A stretch of 63,403 bases of DNA, the filler included, from Octopus bimaculoides (Eukaryota): the NCBI RefSeq assembly GCF_001194135.2. It is 4 parts of 4 records of this genome, joined end to end, with 100 filler letters (N's around TTAATTAATTAA, not from the genome) between each part and the next. Parts side by side here need not be neighbours in the genome. Positions count along the whole stretch, not along the records: positions 57,584 to 63,403 come from NC_069002.1; 3 more parts are not named here. One strand, written 5' to 3'. Each line of letters opens with the position of its first letter. Position 1 is the stretch's first letter. A program made the position numbers and the translations under genes. Positions 60,060 to 63,403 of this stretch are shown one piece after another. The notes below the pieces were generated by a model, which was given only the letters and a program-made list of their open reading frames with translations, had not been told where the DNA came from and did no database searches.

Positions 60060-61330
60060 TACTTTATTTTAAGAAAGTACTAAAAGAGTGAAATGTGAAG
60101 TTGACTCAGATGGGATTTGAACTCAGAGCACAATGAATCGGAACGAATATCGTGAAGCATGCTTATTCCCAGTCACTCTGCCCGACCTCCTTTTAACAAG
60201 TGTCAATAGTTAGATTCATGACTGATTAAGTATTAATGTTATTCTTTGTTCACAAAGAAAGCGTCGAGCTGGCAGAATAGTTAGCACGCCAGACGATAAC
60301 ACTTATCGGTATTTCGTCTGCCGTTACGTTCTGAGTTCAAATTCCACCGAGGTCGACTTTTCCTTTTATCCTTTCGGGGTCGATAAATTAAGTACCAGTT
60401 GAGCACTGGGAGATCGATGAAATCGACTGTCCCTCTCACCCAAATTTCAGGCCTTGTGCCTATGGTAAATAGAGTTAGTGTTGATATTATTATTTTTGAC
60501 GAGGAAAGTGGCGAGCTGGCAGAATCGTTAGCACGCCGGGACAAATGCTTAGGAACATTTCGTCCGTCTTTGCTTTCTGAGTTCAAATTCCCTCGAGGTC
60601 GACTTTGCCTTTCATCCTTTCAGGTTCGATAAAATAAGTACCTGTTGCGTACTGGGTTAGACATAATCGATTAGTTCTCTCCTCCACAATTTCAGGCCTT
60701 GTGCCTATTGTAGAAAGGTTTATTGTTCAGTGAACAGGCAGAACCGTTTGTCGGACAAAATTCTCAACGCTATTTGATCCAGCTCTCTACGTTCCGAGCT
60801 CAAATTCCGCCGATGTCGACTTTGTCTTTTATTATTTCGGGCTCAATTAAATAGTTAGCATTCAAATACTGGGGTTGATATAATCGACAAACCCCATCTC
60901 CTCACAAAAACTTCGGGCCTTGTGCCTGTCTGTAGCAGAAAGAAATATTAAGGTTGCGAGTTGGTAGAATCGATAGCGATTCGTACAAAATTCTTGGCGA
61001 CTTTTCTCCTAGCTCTTCACCCTTGCGTAGCTGGCGGGGCGATCGGCCCCGGGCGGCACTTTTAAAGGTGTACCACTTTTGGGTCTGTGTTTTTCGTGCG
61101 GTCCAGGGGCGGCAAAGGTAAGGGCCGCCCCTGGTGGCACATTAGCTACGCTGGTGCCCTTTATATTCTGATTTAAAATTCCATCTATGTCGATTTTACC
61201 TTTCATTATTTTGTCGTCGATAGAATAAATACCAGTTGAACTCTAGTGTCAATGTAATCGGATATTCCCTTCCCTCCAAAAATGAATTTCTGGCCTCGTG
61301 CCAAAATTAGAAAGAATTATTGTTGTTGTT
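60060..61330 (+). mobile_element. SINE A cluster: one degenerate minus copy (60060-60190) and four head-to-tail plus copies (about 60258, 60508, 60728, 60950)
   Basis: Each plus copy repeats GGCAGAA..TTCTGAGTTCAAATTCC..GTCGACTTT..GGCCTTGTGCC. Confidence 0.85.
61018..61156. mobile_element. GC-rich MITE-like insert inside a SINE A copy
   Basis: Inverted ends GCGTAGCT / AGCTACGC and repeated GGGCGGC motifs; interrupts the SINE just before its B-box. No clean TSD. Confidence 0.6.
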
Positions 61331-61819
61331 TTTTAACCTCTGATTGAACATTTCTTTGATGAAAAACTCAGCAGCCAAGATTTAATTTCTTCAATCGATG
61401 AAACTTGATTCATCGATCTAATACTATATTCTCTTCCGTAGTAGTTACGGCGATTTTCTTTTTAAAGATAGTAGAAGTGCGATGATTTAAGGGATAGTTA
61501 TCTACTATTTCTAATAAATCGTGTGACTACGCCGAGTTGTTTTTCCTTGCCTTGATTAAGAGGACTCACAATTTTATTTTGGGTTACGGAAATAAAATTT
61601 ATATTTTAATCATTATAACCATTTTTTGTTTTTTCATTCTGAGGATGGGCTCGGAACGGCATGAACCGTTAATGGACTAATTGACGAAGTAAAAGTATTG
61701 TCTTCAAATAAGGAACGAAAACTAATTAGAAAACAGGAAAAATTCTTCACTTGAAAAGAAACACCATGAAAGGAAACAATAGTGTCTGTATTATAAGTTT
61801 GAAGAAAACCTGTTCTCTA

Positions 61820-61958
61820 TTCATATACACACACGCACGCGCGCGCACACGTACTATTCACACGCACGCACGTGTCATGCTCACACACGCCCATATCATG
61901 TGCACACATGTATAGATACTTGCTACATATATGTATATACATTTGTGTGTGTGTGTAA

Positions 61959-62046
<88 letters not shown>

Positions 62047-63344
62047 ATATGTATATATGTACATACACACACAAACACACACACGTATGTGTCAAGTCCC
62101 ACATTTCAAAGTTTCATACATATACATGTACGCCTACATCTTCAGATGAACGAACCTTGACGCTATACATCTGAAGACGAAGGCTTCTTCTGTCAGTAAA
62201 AATTCAATAATGGAATAGTAGCGGGGCTGGTAGGGAGCGCTGACTCAACATTTTAATAAAAATAATTACAACCTCAACGATATATACGCCGAGTATTAAT
62301 TCCTTTTGTTTCTTCATCTAACTACTCCTATATACATATATATATTTATATATATATATATAACACGCCAATTTTTCTATAAGAAACGAACCCCAAAAGA
62401 GATCTAAAACGTATGATAATGGTATATAGTAACAATAAGACTGTGAAAGGGAATTTAAAGAATGCGTTCGAGTTTTTCTTGTTTTAAATATTGTCTCCGA
62501 ATTAAGTTCCATTTATTTTTGTAATATTTTAACATTTGTTCATTATTTAAGCCTATTCAACAGAAATTAGTATTTTCTATTGAAACACAAAAATCCATTA
62601 TCACCTCCTCGTTTATATATATATTTTTTCTCATTAAGTGAAACGAATAACGAGCAGGCGTACGTATACGTCCACACAGTTATATAGACAAAGAGGTATA
62701 CATACGTACACACACAACTATGTATGTATATGTGTGTATGTATGTATGTGTGTATATATATATATATATATANNNNNNNNNNTACATATATATATATATA
62801 TATGTGATAACATGTATATATATATATATCTGTGTATGTGTGTGTGTATATATATATGTATATGCATATATGTATATATCTTGTATATTTATATATACAT
62901 ATGCACATACACATATGATGTAGATCTATATCTGCATTGAGCTATAGATATGTTGTAGTTTTATCTTGTTTATTCTCTCTGCTTCTAACTAGATGAATGT
63001 ATGGATATATGTATGTTTGTATGTATGAAGGTAAGTATACGCAGATCTATGCTTCTACCTGTGTATGTATATACTTGCTCCAATACATACTCACATACCC
63101 ACGTACACATATATATGTACCACATAAATGTATATATACATGCATGATAATGATAACGAACTGAAAATAGAGTACTCAATACTAGACTTAAAGTATAAAT
63201 AATTTAATTCAATCCGGTAAAGCCATTAGGCTTCATGTGATTGAATTAAATTATATTTTATATATAAGTAAGTACGTATATATGCATCTATATACGTTAG
63301 TGTGTGTATGCATGCATATAAATATATATACAGATATACATATA

Positions 63345-63403
<59 letters not shown>
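61820..63403. repeat. CA/TA/TATG microsatellite-rich region (similar tracts at 9920-10570, 30990-32350, 33870-35000, 38770-40450, 46040-46560, 51050-52530)
   Basis: Directly visible; source of the YI/HT/CV ORFs. Confidence 0.9.

Noticed and set aside
9681-62177. Other CUGANGA matches (9681, 16274, 24334, 31379 minus, 35175 minus, 57880 minus, 61639, 62139 minus, 62171)
   Set aside because: Each lacks a pairable stem II followed by GAAA, or lacks stems I and III.
150-63179. Long ORFs in the track (poly-M/D/I/V, YI/HT/CV repeats, X-runs) as host genes
   Set aside because: They are translations of microsatellites or read through N gaps, with no domain content.

Overview
This 63.4-kb window is AT-rich, microsatellite-saturated and gappy eukaryotic DNA. 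The repeat families look like octopus (my recollection, not verified by a search). I can support no host protein-coding exon, rRNA, intact tRNA or CRISPR array. The ORF track consists of simple-repeat or N-run artefacts plus decayed transposon fragments. Those fragments are R4/Dong-type RLE retrotransposons associated with (TAA)n and (TACA)n, two Penelope-like elements, an L1/Tx1-like LINE, an RTE piece, a mariner transposase, MITEs or foldbacks, and many tRNA-derived SINE copies. Most notable: (1) a 25-unit, 21-bp minisatellite at 28120-28644 that is a tandem copy of the AWIDYKKA catalytic-motif segment of the adjacent R4/Dong reverse transcriptase, located at the 5' truncation junction and possibly made by reiterative, telomerase-like RT copying; (2) two intact minimal type I hammerhead ribozyme folds (27148-27209 minus, 53722-53773 plus), each inside a direct-repeat-bounded 338-475 bp non-coding unit (retrozyme or pLTR-like), plus a degenerate third; (3) a TACA-associated R4 element whose 3'UTR carries an internal TACA tract into which a relative has inserted; (4) an R4/RTE chimera. 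All alignments and counts were done by hand.
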